Shown here piece by piece: positions 1 through 11,600 of a stretch of DNA of 64,000 nucleotides. Numbering within the stretch: the stretch's first letter is position 1; every line of letters begins with the position of its first letter. Made by a program: the position numbers and the translations under genes. Origin of the DNA: Candidatus Cloacimonadota bacterium (GTDB taxonomy: Bacteria > Cloacimonadota > Cloacimonadia > Cloacimonadales > JAJBBL01); assembly GCA_019429305.1 (NCBI GenBank), contig JAHYIR010000003.1:100293-164292 (forward strand). The letters run 5' to 3'. The notes under the pieces were generated by a model, which was not told the origin of the DNA, searched no databases, and saw only the letters and a list, made by a program, of their open reading frames with translations.

Positions 1-924
1 GAGGTATTGGTATCCCCGGGTGCGAAAGCTGCTATTATTAATGTTTTAATGACTATTTGTGATCCTCGAGATGAAGTATTTATTCCTTCACCATATTGGG
101 TTAGTTATACTTCTCAGGTGGAAATGGTAGATGCTTTTCCGATAATTCTTCCGACAAATGAAGGATCAAATTTCAAGATCACAGCGGAACAGTTAGAAGA
201 GGCGATTTTATATCACACTACTCCCAAGGCACTAATAATTAATACACCAGATAATCCAACCGGTTGTGTCTATACCAAGAAAGAGCTGCAAGCCATTGGC
301 GAAATCTGTGTAAAACATAATTTAGTAATTATCTCCGACGAGATATATGAAAAGATTATCTATGATGGTATAAAACATATCTCTATAGCTTCTATCTCAC
401 CGGAAATTAAAGAAAGAACGGTGTTAATCAACGGAGTCTCCAAAGCTTATGCCATGACCGGCTGGAGATTAGGATATGCTGCAGGAAATGAAGAAGTTAT
501 TAAACGGGCAGGTCGAATCCAAGAACATACAACATCAAATGTCTGTTCGATAACCCAAAAAGCCGCATTAGCAGCTTTAACTGAGGATGATGGATCTGTG
601 GAAATGATGAGAACAGAATTCGAGAAACGAAGGAATTGGCTGGTTGAAGAACTGAACAGTATTCCCAATGTAACTTGCTACAAACCCCAAGGGGCTTTTT
701 ATGCCATGCCAAATGTTTCTTATTATCTGTTAAATAATAAGTTAGGAATCATAAACTCGATTATGCTCTGTACCTATCTATTGGAAAAGTTCCATATTGC
801 ACTGGTTCCCGGTCTGGCATTTGGTGTCGATAACTATGTCAGATTTTCCTATGCAACCAGCATGGAAAACATCCAAGAAGGGGTCAAGAGGTTACGAGAC
901 GGTTTGTTATCCTTAACCCATTAA
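1..924 (+). CDS. Class I/II PLP-dependent aminotransferase (aspartate aminotransferase-like), 5' end cut by window edge
   Basis: Reading frame is open from nt 1. PLP-lysine motif SKAYAMTGWRLGY and NTPDNPTG motif are present. Stop at 922-924. Confidence 0.9.
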   Translation, partial: EVLVSPGAKAAIINVLMTICDPRDEVFIPSPYWVSYTSQVEMVDAFPIILPTNEGSNFKITAEQLEEAILYHTTPKALIINTPDNPTGCVYTKKELQAIGEICVKHNLVIISDEIYEKIIYDGIKHISIASISPEIKERTVLINGVSKAYAMTGWRLGYAAGNEEVIKRAGRIQEHTTSNVCSITQKAALAALTEDDGSVEMMRTEFEKRRNWLVEELNSIPNVTCYKPQGAFYAMPNVSYYLLNNKLGIINSIMLCTYLLEKFHIALVPGLAFGVDNYVRFSYATSMENIQEGVKRLRDGLLSLTH

Positions 925-942
925 TATTGCTTAAATTAGTTT

Positions 943-1164
943 ATGAAACTTTTAAATGAAGAGTTAAGAAAAAGATATGAAGAGAGAAGAAATGATAAGG
1001 GTTCGTTATGGATTAGCTGGCTTATTAGAATCTTCTTACTGATTCTTGTTGTGTTGATCATTAGATACTTTACTGATCTTAATGTACTTTTTTTCACTGA
1101 CATATTCCGTTCTCCAAAGACAGAGGAAGCAACCAATAATTATGAAAATAGCTTTTATGAATAA
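943..1164 (+). CDS. Small hypothetical membrane protein (73 aa)
   Basis: One hydrophobic helix (LWISWLIRIFLLILVVLII). No clear RBS. Sits in a gap between two genes. Confidence 0.3.
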   Translation: MKLLNEELRKRYEERRNDKGSLWISWLIRIFLLILVVLIIRYFTDLNVLFFTDIFRSPKTEEATNNYENSFYE

Positions 1165-1244
1165 GATTCTGCATAAAAAACCGAAAAGTAGCATCTTATT
1201 GAATAAGAGATAGTTATGCAAGACTAAATAAATTAGGAGTAATT

Positions 1245-2261
1245 TTGGATTATCGATCTTCAGGTGTAGATATTTCAGCCGGAAACGAAACAGTTAAGCG
1301 TATTAAACCGTTAGTAAGGGAAACGTTTAATAGTAACGTATTATCAGAACTTGGTAGTTTTGGCGGATTCTATGTTCTAGAGTTGGAGAAATGGAGCAAA
1401 CCGGTGTTAGTATCCAGCACCGATGGAGTTGGAACGAAGCTGTTGATCGCTAAATCACTGGGAAAATATGATACTATTGGCAGTGATTTAGTAAACCATT
1501 GCGTGAATGATATATTCGTGCACGGTGCCGTACCTTTGTTCTTTCTCGACTATATAGGAATAGGAAAAGTAGATCCGGAAATGATCAAGGGGATAGTTGA
1601 GGGCATGGTATTTGCTTGTAAGGAGCATAATATGGCCTTGATTGGTGGAGAAACGGCAGAAATGGCTGCTGTATATGATAAAGGTGACTTTGATCTTGTC
1701 GGAACGATAATAGGTTGTGTTGAGCGCGAAAATATCATCAATGGCAGCACTATTCGGGAAGGGGATCAAGTAATAGGATTTCCTTCTTCAGGGCTTCATA
1801 CGAATGGTTATTCATTAGCCAGAAGTATTGTTTTTGAAAAAATGAAGTTAGAAGTTACTGATTTGATAGACGAATTTGGGAAATCAGTAGGAGAAGAGCT
1901 TCTGACGGTTCATAAGTCCTATTATCAGCAATTAAGGGACTATGCGACTCCTGATCAGATACATGGAATGGCGCATATAACGGGTGGTGGAATAGCCGGT
2001 AATCTGTCACGAATTATAGCTGACGATTTATATGCTGAAATAGATAGCAGTAGTTGGAAGAGACCACAGATTTTTGAATATTTGCAGAGAGAAGGTGAAG
2101 TATCTGAAGAGGAAATGTTTCGGGTCTTCAATATGGGGATTGGCTTTGTTACTGTTGTACCGTCTTCAACTGCTGATGTACTTGTCGATAGAGCTGAAGG
2201 TATTAATATTGGTTGTATAAAAAAATCGGTACAAAAAGCTGAGAGAGTCATCATTAGGTAA
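1245..2261 (+). CDS. purM: Phosphoribosylformylglycinamidine cyclo-ligase (AIR synthetase)
   Basis: Motifs SSTDGVGTKLLIA and GGETAEM. TTG start 7 nt after AGGAG. Confidence 0.93.
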   Translation: MDYRSSGVDISAGNETVKRIKPLVRETFNSNVLSELGSFGGFYVLELEKWSKPVLVSSTDGVGTKLLIAKSLGKYDTIGSDLVNHCVNDIFVHGAVPLFFLDYIGIGKVDPEMIKGIVEGMVFACKEHNMALIGGETAEMAAVYDKGDFDLVGTIIGCVERENIINGSTIREGDQVIGFPSSGLHTNGYSLARSIVFEKMKLEVTDLIDEFGKSVGEELLTVHKSYYQQLRDYATPDQIHGMAHITGGGIAGNLSRIIADDLYAEIDSSSWKRPQIFEYLQREGEVSEEEMFRVFNMGIGFVTVVPSSTADVLVDRAEGINIGCIKKSVQKAERVIIR

Positions 2262-2265
2262 GATT

Positions 2266-3135
2266 ATGGAATGGAGAGTTTTAGTTTCAGGAAAGATGAG
2301 TCCATACATGAATATGGCTTTGGATGAAGCGATTTATTTGAGCATCATCAAGAGAGAATCTTTGCCTACATTGCGGTTTTATGACTGGGAACCGGCTTCA
2401 TTTTCTTGTGGCTTTAATCAGAACATAGACTTAGAGCTTGATTTTGAACGGCTTAAAACATCACAATACGGTTTTGTAAGAAGACCTACCGGCGGTAGAA
2501 TGGTGCTGCATGAAGAAGAGGTTACTTATGCTGTCATATCACCACTCGAAGGAGCTATGGCAGGCAGCATTTCTGACACCTATTTTAGGATCGGTAAAGC
2601 CCTGCTTACAGGGTTAAAAATCATGAATGTTGAAGCCGAGTTATCAAAAGGAGAATTAAGTCAGCATGAACAACGACAACCTGCAAATCCCTGTTTTACA
2701 AGCAGTTCACGCTTTGAATTAACTTATAAAAGGAAGAAATTGGTTGGGAGTGCCCAAACAAGAAATAACACGGCTTTTCTGCAACATGGCTCTATCTTAA
2801 AGACCTATAATCAAAAAAAAGTTGCTGATTTTATACCGAATATTAACGAAGACGAAAGATTAAGAATTGCCAGTTTATTGGAAAGAAGAACGATCTCTTT
2901 ACAAATGATCCTGGAAAGAGACTTAACTTTTAATGAAGTAGTTAACAATCTGATATCTGGTTTTAAAGAAGCATGGCCTGAAGATACTTTTTATCTGCAT
3001 GAGACACCGACACTTGTAGAGAAAAATACTGCCGAGCAGTTAATGCATAAAAAGTATGCAACCGATCAATGGAATAAAAAAGAGAGAAAAACTCAAAAAG
3101 AGTTTGACACATATCTATCAATGAAGAGAATTTGA
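2266..3135 (+). CDS. Biotin/lipoate A/B protein ligase family protein (lipoate-protein ligase / octanoyltransferase-like)
   Basis: N-terminal LRFYDWEPASFSCG, RRPTGGRMVLHE and KLVGSAQ lysine motif are typical of the LplA/LipB catalytic domain. Confidence 0.75.
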   Translation: MEWRVLVSGKMSPYMNMALDEAIYLSIIKRESLPTLRFYDWEPASFSCGFNQNIDLELDFERLKTSQYGFVRRPTGGRMVLHEEEVTYAVISPLEGAMAGSISDTYFRIGKALLTGLKIMNVEAELSKGELSQHEQRQPANPCFTSSSRFELTYKRKKLVGSAQTRNNTAFLQHGSILKTYNQKKVADFIPNINEDERLRIASLLERRTISLQMILERDLTFNEVVNNLISGFKEAWPEDTFYLHETPTLVEKNTAEQLMHKKYATDQWNKKERKTQKEFDTYLSMKRI

Positions 3136-3183
3136 AAAAAAATAGTAAGAATGTAATGTAATGATATTTAGGGAGGAATTTTG

Positions 3184-6150
3184 ATGGAGAGAAGAATTAT
3201 AATCACCATCGTATTGCTGCTTTTCTCGGTAAGTTTAATATTTGCCCAAACAACAGGCAGACTAGCCGGTAGAGTCACAGATACTGATGGTACTCCGGTA
3301 GCTTACGCTAATGTTATTCTTGTCGGCACTGATCCCTTGATGGGAGCCCAGACGAGGGAAGACGGTACTTATATATTGATTAACATTCCCGTTGGCACAT
3401 ATAATATTCAAGCACAACAGATAGGTTATCGACCCACAACTGTAACCGGTCAGAGGATCAATGTCAATGAAACAGCAACATTGAATATCCAAATGGTTCG
3501 AGATGCAGTTGACATTGAAGGGTTGACTTTTGTTGCCCAAAGAGAGATGGTTGTTGCTGACAGAACTGGCTCGACGCGAGGTATAACACAAGAGACGATA
3601 GAGAATATTGCTGTTGATAGTATAGAGGGCATTATAGCCCTACAAGCTGGTGCTGTTCAAGTAGGAGGTGATCTGCACATCCGAGGAGGCCGCGCCAACG
3701 AGGTAGTTTATCAAATAGACGGTATGTCTGTTTCAGACCCTGTTGATGGTGGAACAGCTATGACAATAGATAGAAATGCTATTGCCGATATGGTAGTAAT
3801 GACAGGTGGTTTCTCAGCTGAATTTGGTAATGCACAATCTGGTATTGTAAATATTGTTACCCGTGATGGAACGAGTGAATATTCCGGAAGTGTTGAATTG
3901 ATCTCAGATCACATTATAACAGATGGAAGTAATTCTGACGAACTTAAGGTAACACTTGGTGGTCCGGTATTTGGACCTTTTGTGTCTGACTTAAGAAACA
4001 GGTTTACCTTCTTTTTTAATGCAGCAGGATTATGGCACGATTCAAGATTTCGTGACTATTACATTTCACATCCTAATAGCGATCTGGTGAATTTAGTAAC
4101 AGAATTTCCGTATGTTGATCCCTATGCAGATAGAAACCAATTTCTTGGTATGTTTGATTTAGGAAATAGAAATTTCAATACATACAATGCTAATCTCAAG
4201 TTGACCTATAGATTAAATCCCCGACAAACAATGTCATTTGCTGCTCGCGGTGATAAAGCAGAATTGTACCCTTACGCCCATTCATGGCGATATGCTTTGG
4301 AACACTATGCCAAGGTTGAAGAAGATATGCGACAATACATGTTTACCTATGATCATCTCTTTAATCCGCAAATGAATCTGAATGTTAAGGGTAGCTGGTT
4401 CAGAAAAGAACGTTTTGAAGGTCCGAGAGGAATAGGTCGCGATGATTTCTTTAGAATCGATCCAGATTATGAATTTGATGAGGGAACTTATCAGTCTGAT
4501 TTAGACGGAATTATCTTTATCGATAGAACGGGAGACGGTGTTATTGATAATCCTGATTATGGATTTATTGATAGTAGCTACTGGGCTTTTAGAGTATTCG
4601 GTACCGAAAGGGAAAGAGCTATAAGAGGTTTCAACCCGCCGGGAAGCTATTGGTCAAGGTTTATTGATGATGAGACAACAACCATGACCTTAAGAGCTGA
4701 TTTCGAATATCAGATGAGCATAATTAATAATCTTAAAACAGGTTTTGAAATTACCAGCCATGAAATTGTTAAGGATAGATTATTTAATCCACAGAGAATA
4801 AACCGTCTGAGATTTGATAGATACCTGAGAGATAACTGTGAAGTATTTTATGAAATATATGTGAATGAAGATCCAACCGATCCTGATAGTGCTATTGAAG
4901 ATACGATCTTCGTCTATTCACATTATGATGTACATGAAGCTTTGAGAGAAACATCCGGACAGACAGACGGATATAAGGCAAAACCTTGGCAAGGTGCTTA
5001 CTATCTGCAAAACAGATTACAATTTGAAGGTATGATAGCCAATCTCGGATTACGATTTGATTTCTGGCATCTTGGCAATGATTATCTGATCCGTCAAGAC
5101 GATGGGACTTATATTACCGTCAAATGGGAAGATCTGACAGACGAAAAAGTCAAGAAAACAAGGGTCATGGTATCTCCTCGAGTAGGTGTTTCTCATCCAA
5201 TATCAGAGAGAGCGGTTCTGCATTTTGCTTATAATTATCAAAATCAGCTACCACAGATGCAATATGTCTTTACCACAGCTAAACCGGAAGATGCTATTCT
5301 CGCTCAAGAGACAATCGATGTGGGAAATCCAAATTTAGAGCCGCAAATAACGATTACCTATGAAGTTGGCTTGCAGAGACAGTTAGGGGAGGACTATATA
5401 CTTGATATAACAGCTTACTACAAGAATATCTATAATTATGTTAGTTTGCAAGAAAGAGTTGATCCTAATGATGAGACAATCACTTGGTATCAATATGTTT
5501 CCGAAGATTACGGAAGTGCCAGAGGAGTAGATATCACATTACAAAAAATACTCTCTAATTTTACAGCCGGCTCGTTATCATATTCTTTTGCATGGGCACA
5601 GGGTAATCATTCAGGATTAACACGACAGGATGAGTTTAGGAATCTAAGAGAATTCCCGCTTGAGTGGGATACAAGACATGCTGCAAATCTCAACTTCGAG
5701 TTTAGAATCGGAAGAGATGAAGAGTGGTGGGTTCCCTTTACTGATATAATATTCCCGCTGGATGATATTTCTATGAACTTTATCTACTCAATTTCTTCTG
5801 GATATCCTTATACACCTATGAATCTAGAAGGAACCCAAATGCTTGATACGAACAGTCGCCGCATGCCATTCACAGAAAATGCAAACTTACGTCTGACCAA
5901 GAACTTCCGATTCGGAAGGAAACAGAATGTGAGACTGTTTGCTAACATTAATAATCTGTTCAATCGAAGAAATGTTAATTGGGTATATCCACGAACAGGA
6001 AGAGTTGATTGGGATGGGCAAGATCTGAGTGAATCCGGATCTGATTATGTATATTCAGAGGTGCTTCATAACTATACAGAGTTTATCAAGAACCCGTCTG
6101 CTCTGTCTTCAGGCAGGACTTATACGCTCGGTATTTCTTATAACTGGTAA
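3184..6150 (+). CDS. TonB-dependent outer-membrane receptor with N-terminal carboxypeptidase-regulatory-like domain
   Basis: Signal peptide, then GRVTDTDGTPVAYANVIL...GTYNIQAQQIGY (CarboxypepD_reg-like). Plug region (IRGGRANEVVYQIDGMSV). Long beta-barrel ending in aromatic ...LGISYNW. ATG at 3184 lies 8 nt after GGGAGG (the ORF track starts at TTG 3181). Confidence 0.85.
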   Translation: MERRIIITIVLLLFSVSLIFAQTTGRLAGRVTDTDGTPVAYANVILVGTDPLMGAQTREDGTYILINIPVGTYNIQAQQIGYRPTTVTGQRINVNETATLNIQMVRDAVDIEGLTFVAQREMVVADRTGSTRGITQETIENIAVDSIEGIIALQAGAVQVGGDLHIRGGRANEVVYQIDGMSVSDPVDGGTAMTIDRNAIADMVVMTGGFSAEFGNAQSGIVNIVTRDGTSEYSGSVELISDHIITDGSNSDELKVTLGGPVFGPFVSDLRNRFTFFFNAAGLWHDSRFRDYYISHPNSDLVNLVTEFPYVDPYADRNQFLGMFDLGNRNFNTYNANLKLTYRLNPRQTMSFAARGDKAELYPYAHSWRYALEHYAKVEEDMRQYMFTYDHLFNPQMNLNVKGSWFRKERFEGPRGIGRDDFFRIDPDYEFDEGTYQSDLDGIIFIDRTGDGVIDNPDYGFIDSSYWAFRVFGTERERAIRGFNPPGSYWSRFIDDETTTMTLRADFEYQMSIINNLKTGFEITSHEIVKDRLFNPQRINRLRFDRYLRDNCEVFYEIYVNEDPTDPDSAIEDTIFVYSHYDVHEALRETSGQTDGYKAKPWQGAYYLQNRLQFEGMIANLGLRFDFWHLGNDYLIRQDDGTYITVKWEDLTDEKVKKTRVMVSPRVGVSHPISERAVLHFAYNYQNQLPQMQYVFTTAKPEDAILAQETIDVGNPNLEPQITITYEVGLQRQLGEDYILDITAYYKNIYNYVSLQERVDPNDETITWYQYVSEDYGSARGVDITLQKILSNFTAGSLSYSFAWAQGNHSGLTRQDEFRNLREFPLEWDTRHAANLNFEFRIGRDEEWWVPFTDIIFPLDDISMNFIYSISSGYPYTPMNLEGTQMLDTNSRRMPFTENANLRLTKNFRFGRKQNVRLFANINNLFNRRNVNWVYPRTGRVDWDGQDLSESGSDYVYSEVLHNYTEFIKNPSALSSGRTYTLGISYNW

Positions 6151-6240
6151 TGAATTATCAGACAAGTAACAGGTTTAGTACTGTTTCTTGCTAAAAAAGA
6201 TATAAAAAAAGGAAAGTGTCCAATAGGAGGATAAGAAAAT

Positions 6241-7053
6241 ATGGTTAAGAGCTATAGAAGATTATTGATAGCATTTCTAATCTTGTTGTTAACAGCGAGT
6301 TTCCTGTTTGCTCAACAAGATGATGCTGTTGTAACCCCAGAAGACGAGACAGTTGGAGTTACTGAAATTGAAGAAGAATTTGTTTTCGAAGATATTCCCG
6401 ATATGGGTTGGTTAGAAGTGCTTGCTCGTAAAATTGTCGGCAGCGGTTTAGTTGACCTGTTCATTCAGGGTGGTTTTGCTATGTGGCCTCTTTTGATTTT
6501 ATTAGTATGGGCTATCGGTACAATTATCTGGAAATTAGTTGTATTATCTTATGCAAGGATTAATACTAATGAACTTCTATCTAAAGTTATGCCCTTAGTT
6601 GAAGAGAAAAAATTCCGCGATGCTGCTAAGATTTGTGAAGAAACGAGAGGACCAGTAGCAATGGTACTTCATCTGGCACTACTGAAAGCTGAGGATGGAC
6701 TTGAAGCAGTCGAAAAAGCGATAGAAAGTGCGGCGTCTTTAGAACTTTCCTATCTGGATAAAGGATTCATCTCATTATCGACTACTATTAACTTAGCTCC
6801 CATGTTGGGGTTCTTTGGTACAGTTGTTGGTATGATAGCAGCATTCGATGCTATTGCCTTAGCCGGTGAAGTTGACCCAACTATTGTTGCTTCTGGTATT
6901 AAGATCGCTCTTATTACCACAGCATCTGGTCTTGCCATAGCTATCCCTGTACAGTTTTTCAATAATATGTTTATGGGAATGGTAGATAATTTGGTAATAG
7001 ATATGCAAAAAGCATCAGAATCATTAGTGGAGACCCTTGTACAAAATAAATAG
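6241..7053 (+). CDS. exbB: MotA/TolQ/ExbB proton-channel family protein
   Basis: Signal/TM segment plus 3 TM helices. Conserved LAPMLGFFGTVVGMI and TTASGLAIAIP motifs. AGGAGG RBS. Confidence 0.85.
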   Translation: MVKSYRRLLIAFLILLLTASFLFAQQDDAVVTPEDETVGVTEIEEEFVFEDIPDMGWLEVLARKIVGSGLVDLFIQGGFAMWPLLILLVWAIGTIIWKLVVLSYARINTNELLSKVMPLVEEKKFRDAAKICEETRGPVAMVLHLALLKAEDGLEAVEKAIESAASLELSYLDKGFISLSTTINLAPMLGFFGTVVGMIAAFDAIALAGEVDPTIVASGIKIALITTASGLAIAIPVQFFNNMFMGMVDNLVIDMQKASESLVETLVQNK

Positions 7054-7063
7054 AGGGGGATAA

Positions 7064-7471
7064 ATGAAATTTCGCAGGAAGAAGAAGAATTTAGGAGGCA
7101 TTCCCACAGCAGCATTACCTGATGTGGCTTTTTTACTCCTGATTTTCTTTTTAACGACGACTAAATTTGATATCAAACAGGGATTAGGTTTGGTACTACC
7201 CCCAGTAGCGGAAGAAGGGGCACAAAGAGTTAGGGTCCGAGAGGAAAATATTGCCCGAGTTCTTATTAACCGTGAAGGAAGAGTTGCTCTCAATGATGAA
7301 GAAATATCTTATGCTGCCTTAGAGAGTAGAATCAGACAAATGGTAGCTCAAAATCCTGACCTCGTGGTATCTTTGAGAACAGATAGAAGAAGCAGATATC
7401 ATTATATGATTGAAGCATTGGACAGATTAAGAGCTGCTGGTGCTGAAAAAATTTCGCTATCTACAAATTAA
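7064..7471 (+). CDS. exbD: ExbD/TolR biopolymer transport protein
   Basis: 135 aa, N-terminal DVAFLLLIFFL TM helix with the conserved Asp, periplasmic domain. 10 nt after exbB. Confidence 0.85.
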   Translation: MKFRRKKKNLGGIPTAALPDVAFLLLIFFLTTTKFDIKQGLGLVLPPVAEEGAQRVRVREENIARVLINREGRVALNDEEISYAALESRIRQMVAQNPDLVVSLRTDRRSRYHYMIEALDRLRAAGAEKISLSTN

Positions 7472-7480
7472 GGAGGAATA

Positions 7481-7888
7481 ATGCCGAGATTACAAGCTAA
7501 ATCAAAACCTGAAAGTATTATTCCATCCGGTTCTATGGCAGATATTGCTTTCTTGCTCTTGATTTTCTTTATGGTTTCTACTGTTTATGTTAAAGAACGT
7601 GGATTAAGAGTTACTCTACCAGATGCTCGTGGTATTGAAAAAGTACCTAGACGTAATGCTACAACTATATATGTTGATCGGAGCGGAATGATATCTATAG
7701 ATGACTTTGTTGTTGATATTCCTACAGTAAGGGACATTATGGTTCGCAAACTATATGATGATTTTAATACAATAGTAAGTTTTCGAACCGATAGAAATAC
7801 CGATTATGGAATAATGGCTGATATATTAAATCAGCTTAGAGAAGCAAATGCCTTAAGAGTGTCTTTTGAAGCGCGGCTTCAAAGATAA
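7481..7888 (+). CDS. exbD: ExbD/TolR biopolymer transport protein (second paralog)
   Basis: 135 aa, DIAFLLLIFFM TM helix. AGGAGG RBS. 9 nt after the first exbD. Confidence 0.85.
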   Translation: MPRLQAKSKPESIIPSGSMADIAFLLLIFFMVSTVYVKERGLRVTLPDARGIEKVPRRNATTIYVDRSGMISIDDFVVDIPTVRDIMVRKLYDDFNTIVSFRTDRNTDYGIMADILNQLREANALRVSFEARLQR

Positions 7889-7903
7889 CAACGGAGGCAA
7901 AAA

Positions 7904-8542
7904 ATGAATAATAAAAGATATACCGATTGGAAAGATGTTGCAAATAGTTATTATGATAAAGCAATGAGCTTGGCTGTTCTATTGCTTCTATTCTCGTTTC
8001 TCGTTTCACCAAAGATTGAAGTAAGGCCCTATACAACAGAGATTAGAATAACTGAAGCAATTGAAATTCCACCGGAAATACGAGAAAGAATCGAACCCCC
8101 AGCAGAGCTAATGAGACCTCCTGTAGAGATTATTATTGATGATGATTTAACAGGAGATGATGATGATCTGGAGATAGTTGAAACAATAGATAGAACAGTT
8201 CTTGATCCCTATGAAGTTGTTCAACCACCACCCGGTATTGGACAAACTCCAAGGTTTGTTATCTATGACGAACCACCACTGCCGATCAGAAGGGTCAACC
8301 CGGAATATCCTACATTCGCCAGAAGAAGTGGTATTCAAGGTCAAGTATTGCTTGAGGTTGAAGTTTTAAGAGATGGCTCGGTTGGAGCTGTTGAAGTAGT
8401 TCGATCTCTCATGGCAGGACCTGGTGGTCTTGATGAAGCTGCTATAAGAGCAGTTAGACAATGGGAATTTACTCCTGCCAAAGCTCATGGTCAACCAATT
8501 GCTGTTTGGGCGAGGATTCCAATAGATTTTCAATTAGAGTAA
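7904..8542 (+). CDS. tonB: Energy transducer TonB
   Basis: N-terminal TM helix, Pro/Glu-rich spacer (EIPPEIRERIEPPAELMRPP), C-terminal TonB_C-like NPEYPTFARRSGIQGQVLLEVEV...G. Confidence 0.85.
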   Translation: MNNKRYTDWKDVANSYYDKAMSLAVLLLLFSFLVSPKIEVRPYTTEIRITEAIEIPPEIRERIEPPAELMRPPVEIIIDDDLTGDDDDLEIVETIDRTVLDPYEVVQPPPGIGQTPRFVIYDEPPLPIRRVNPEYPTFARRSGIQGQVLLEVEVLRDGSVGAVEVVRSLMAGPGGLDEAAIRAVRQWEFTPAKAHGQPIAVWARIPIDFQLE

Positions 8543-8622
8543 TAAATATACTATTTGCTTTTTCTTTGTACTATTGATTAGTACTGAAAAAGATTAGGCA
8601 AAGGTAGTAAGGAGAAAGTAGT

Positions 8623-11600
8623 ATGAAGTTTACAAAATATGTAATATGCATCGTTCTCATGATTCTTTTAAGCCAAGTTGATGTGCTTCACGCAGCTGCT
8701 ATCGAGCAGGGTGATGCATCAAGGATAATGGATGTGTCGCAATGGCATGATGTTGGGAACATCTGGCTCAGAGTGAGTAACTTTGGCTTTTTTGGTTCTG
8801 GAAACTATAAACCACAGTGGCCTTCTCTTGAATATCCCGGTGGTAGCGGGATTGATTATCTTTATCTCGGCTCACTATGGTTTGGAGCTAAAAAGGTCAG
8901 AAGAGATATTCAAGGCAGAAAGCTATATTGGAGCAATTGGCCACCTAGTGATGAGAATGATACTATTGCAGAAGGTGATCCTAATTTTGATCCGATAGTT
9001 CATACGCAGGTAGTTATCGACACACTAGTTGCAGTTGGATTTGATGGTGATTATGATTATTCGGAATTATTACCGGCATATTTTCCCTTCGAGCAAGACC
9101 TATTAGGACCAGAATACGGAGAATATAATCCTTATGATCGGATTGTGTCTCAATCAATCAGAACCCAAAGAGCAGGTGTCGATGATGACGGAGATGGTTT
9201 AATTGATGAAGATCCAATTGGAATAGCTTTTCCATTCCGTCAAGCAGATGAACTACCTGATGAAATAGCTGCGCTGGGTAGTCTTTATCTTCATGAACAT
9301 GATCCGGCTTTCCAGAGTCAAATTATCCAAAATAATCTCGATATTTGGTTTCCCCTGGGATTTGTTGATTTGGGAAGAGATCCATCGCACGGTAAATATA
9401 ATTATACTATGCCATATAATGATGATGGAGATGATAATGAAGATGAAGATGGAGCTCCTGTATCTGAGCAGGACTATATATCTTATTATTATGACTATAG
9501 TCCTTTCAGTGCCTTAGGAGATCCCAGGCATCAAGAAAGGAAATCTGGTAGTTCAGCTGGTCAGTTTGTCAGGTATCCATTGAATATTAAAGTGAGACAG
9601 CTTAGCTATCAATGGAGCTATGAATATATTAAGAACCTGGTCTATGTTGAGTTTAATATTACCAACATGAATCCTGCTGATACTCTCTATGACTGTGCTA
9701 TGGCGATTTATATGGACTGTGATGTCGGACCACAGGCATGGGACGGAGATGCCAGATCCCTGGACGATGTTAGTGGTTATGTTGCCGGTACAGGTTTCGA
9801 GTTTGCCTACACTCGTGACTATGATGGAGACGGTGGCCTTACACCCGGTTGGATTGGTGCCAGAGTTTGTACCCCTGATCCGGAGCAGCTTGAATTTGCA
9901 TGTTGGGTATGGACTCGAGGAGATGGTCCCAATGACCGTAGACCGAGAAGAATACCCCCTCTGGCTGGGCTGGTAACATCGAATGAGAAGTATTGGTTAA
10001 TGACCGGACGAAACCCCAATGAAGATTATTTCCGACCGTTAAGACCTGTTGGATGGACTCCTGATCAAAATCCTTGGTATGAGGAACCGAGTCCCAATGA
10101 TACAAGGTTCTTATTTGCCTTCTATGGAGATATGCAAGGTACGACTAATCCAACTGCCGGTTCTTGGAACCTAGCACCTGGCAAAACAATGAAGATCGTT
10201 GTGGCAGTATTCCCCGGTGAAAATTTAGATGAATTGAAACAAACAGCAACTTGGGCAAAATTGATATATGGAGATGCACAAGATCTCGAGTCAGTTATTT
10301 TGCCTGACATCTTCCCACACTATATAGCACCAGAACCCCCAAATATTCCAAAGATGTATGCTGAATTAGCCAATAACGGCAATAGAATAGATGTGTATTG
10401 GGATAATAGATCAGAGTTTACAAGAGATAGAATGGTAGTTCCTTCTGAACAGTTGGGTTGGCAGACCTTTAATCCTAAATGGGAGGATAGTTATCTTTAT
10501 AATTATCCTAACGGAATTCCGATCGATGAGTGGCCTAAAGAATTTAGACCACCTGATCCTGATGATACTGATGCTTTGAATCCCAATGCAGTTGTTAATC
10601 CCTGGACTGCAAACAGATTACGGCACGATTTTCAGGGTTACTCGTTGTATGGCAGATCTGGTTCCGGTATTCAAGAAAACTGGATGCTTATTGATAGATG
10701 GGATAAGGTCGAAACAGATCAAGATTTAGATGATTATGTTATTGCAATCAATCCGGCAGCAGAGTTAAATTATGATTATGGTGGTTATACTGGCTTAGAT
10801 AAAGGACTTCCAAATCCAAGAATTGCCACCGAGGATGATACTCAATATTATTATCTCGATGAGATGTATCTCTTATCTTCTATTGAAGAGGGACAAACAA
10901 TATATGGTTATCATCTGTATGACTTCACAGAGTATACTTATGATGATCTAATTGATATAGGGAATATGAATCTAACATTTGAACAGGAAGCTCTAATATT
11001 TATGAATCCCCATGATCCCCAATTAACACCGAGTATATATCTTGAATTGTATGACGATTCATTAATTCCGCTAGTTGGTCATGGTGGACAATGGGTACTG
11101 AATTTTTATGACATTAATGATCCCAGACCACAACCTGTCCAGAGAGATGAGAAAATTTATGAGATGCATAAAGATCGTCTTGCTCGTAGGTTTTATCGTC
11201 ATTACATAGATTTTCCACCCAAAGGCATAGAATACTATGTAGCAGTCAGTGCTTGGGACAGAGGTATGCCGGACTTTAACCTGGAACCTCTTGAGTCAGG
11301 AAGAGACGCTGATGCTAATATGAAAGTCCTTTTCCCGGGACCTGAAGCTCAAGAAAGCATGGACAATATCTATGTAGTTCCTAATCCTTATTTTGGGCTA
11401 AGCAGATTCGACGGAAGAAGAGAAGGTGATATGAAGGGAGATAGAAGCAAGAGAATCTGGTTCGTTAATCTTCCTGAAAGAGCAACGATAAAGATTTATA
11501 CTCTTGCTGGGGATTTGGTTGATACCATTGAACATTATGGAGCCATTGAAGAAGATATTATAAATGTCAGCCGTGCTGCCACTCATGGTTTAGCAGCCAG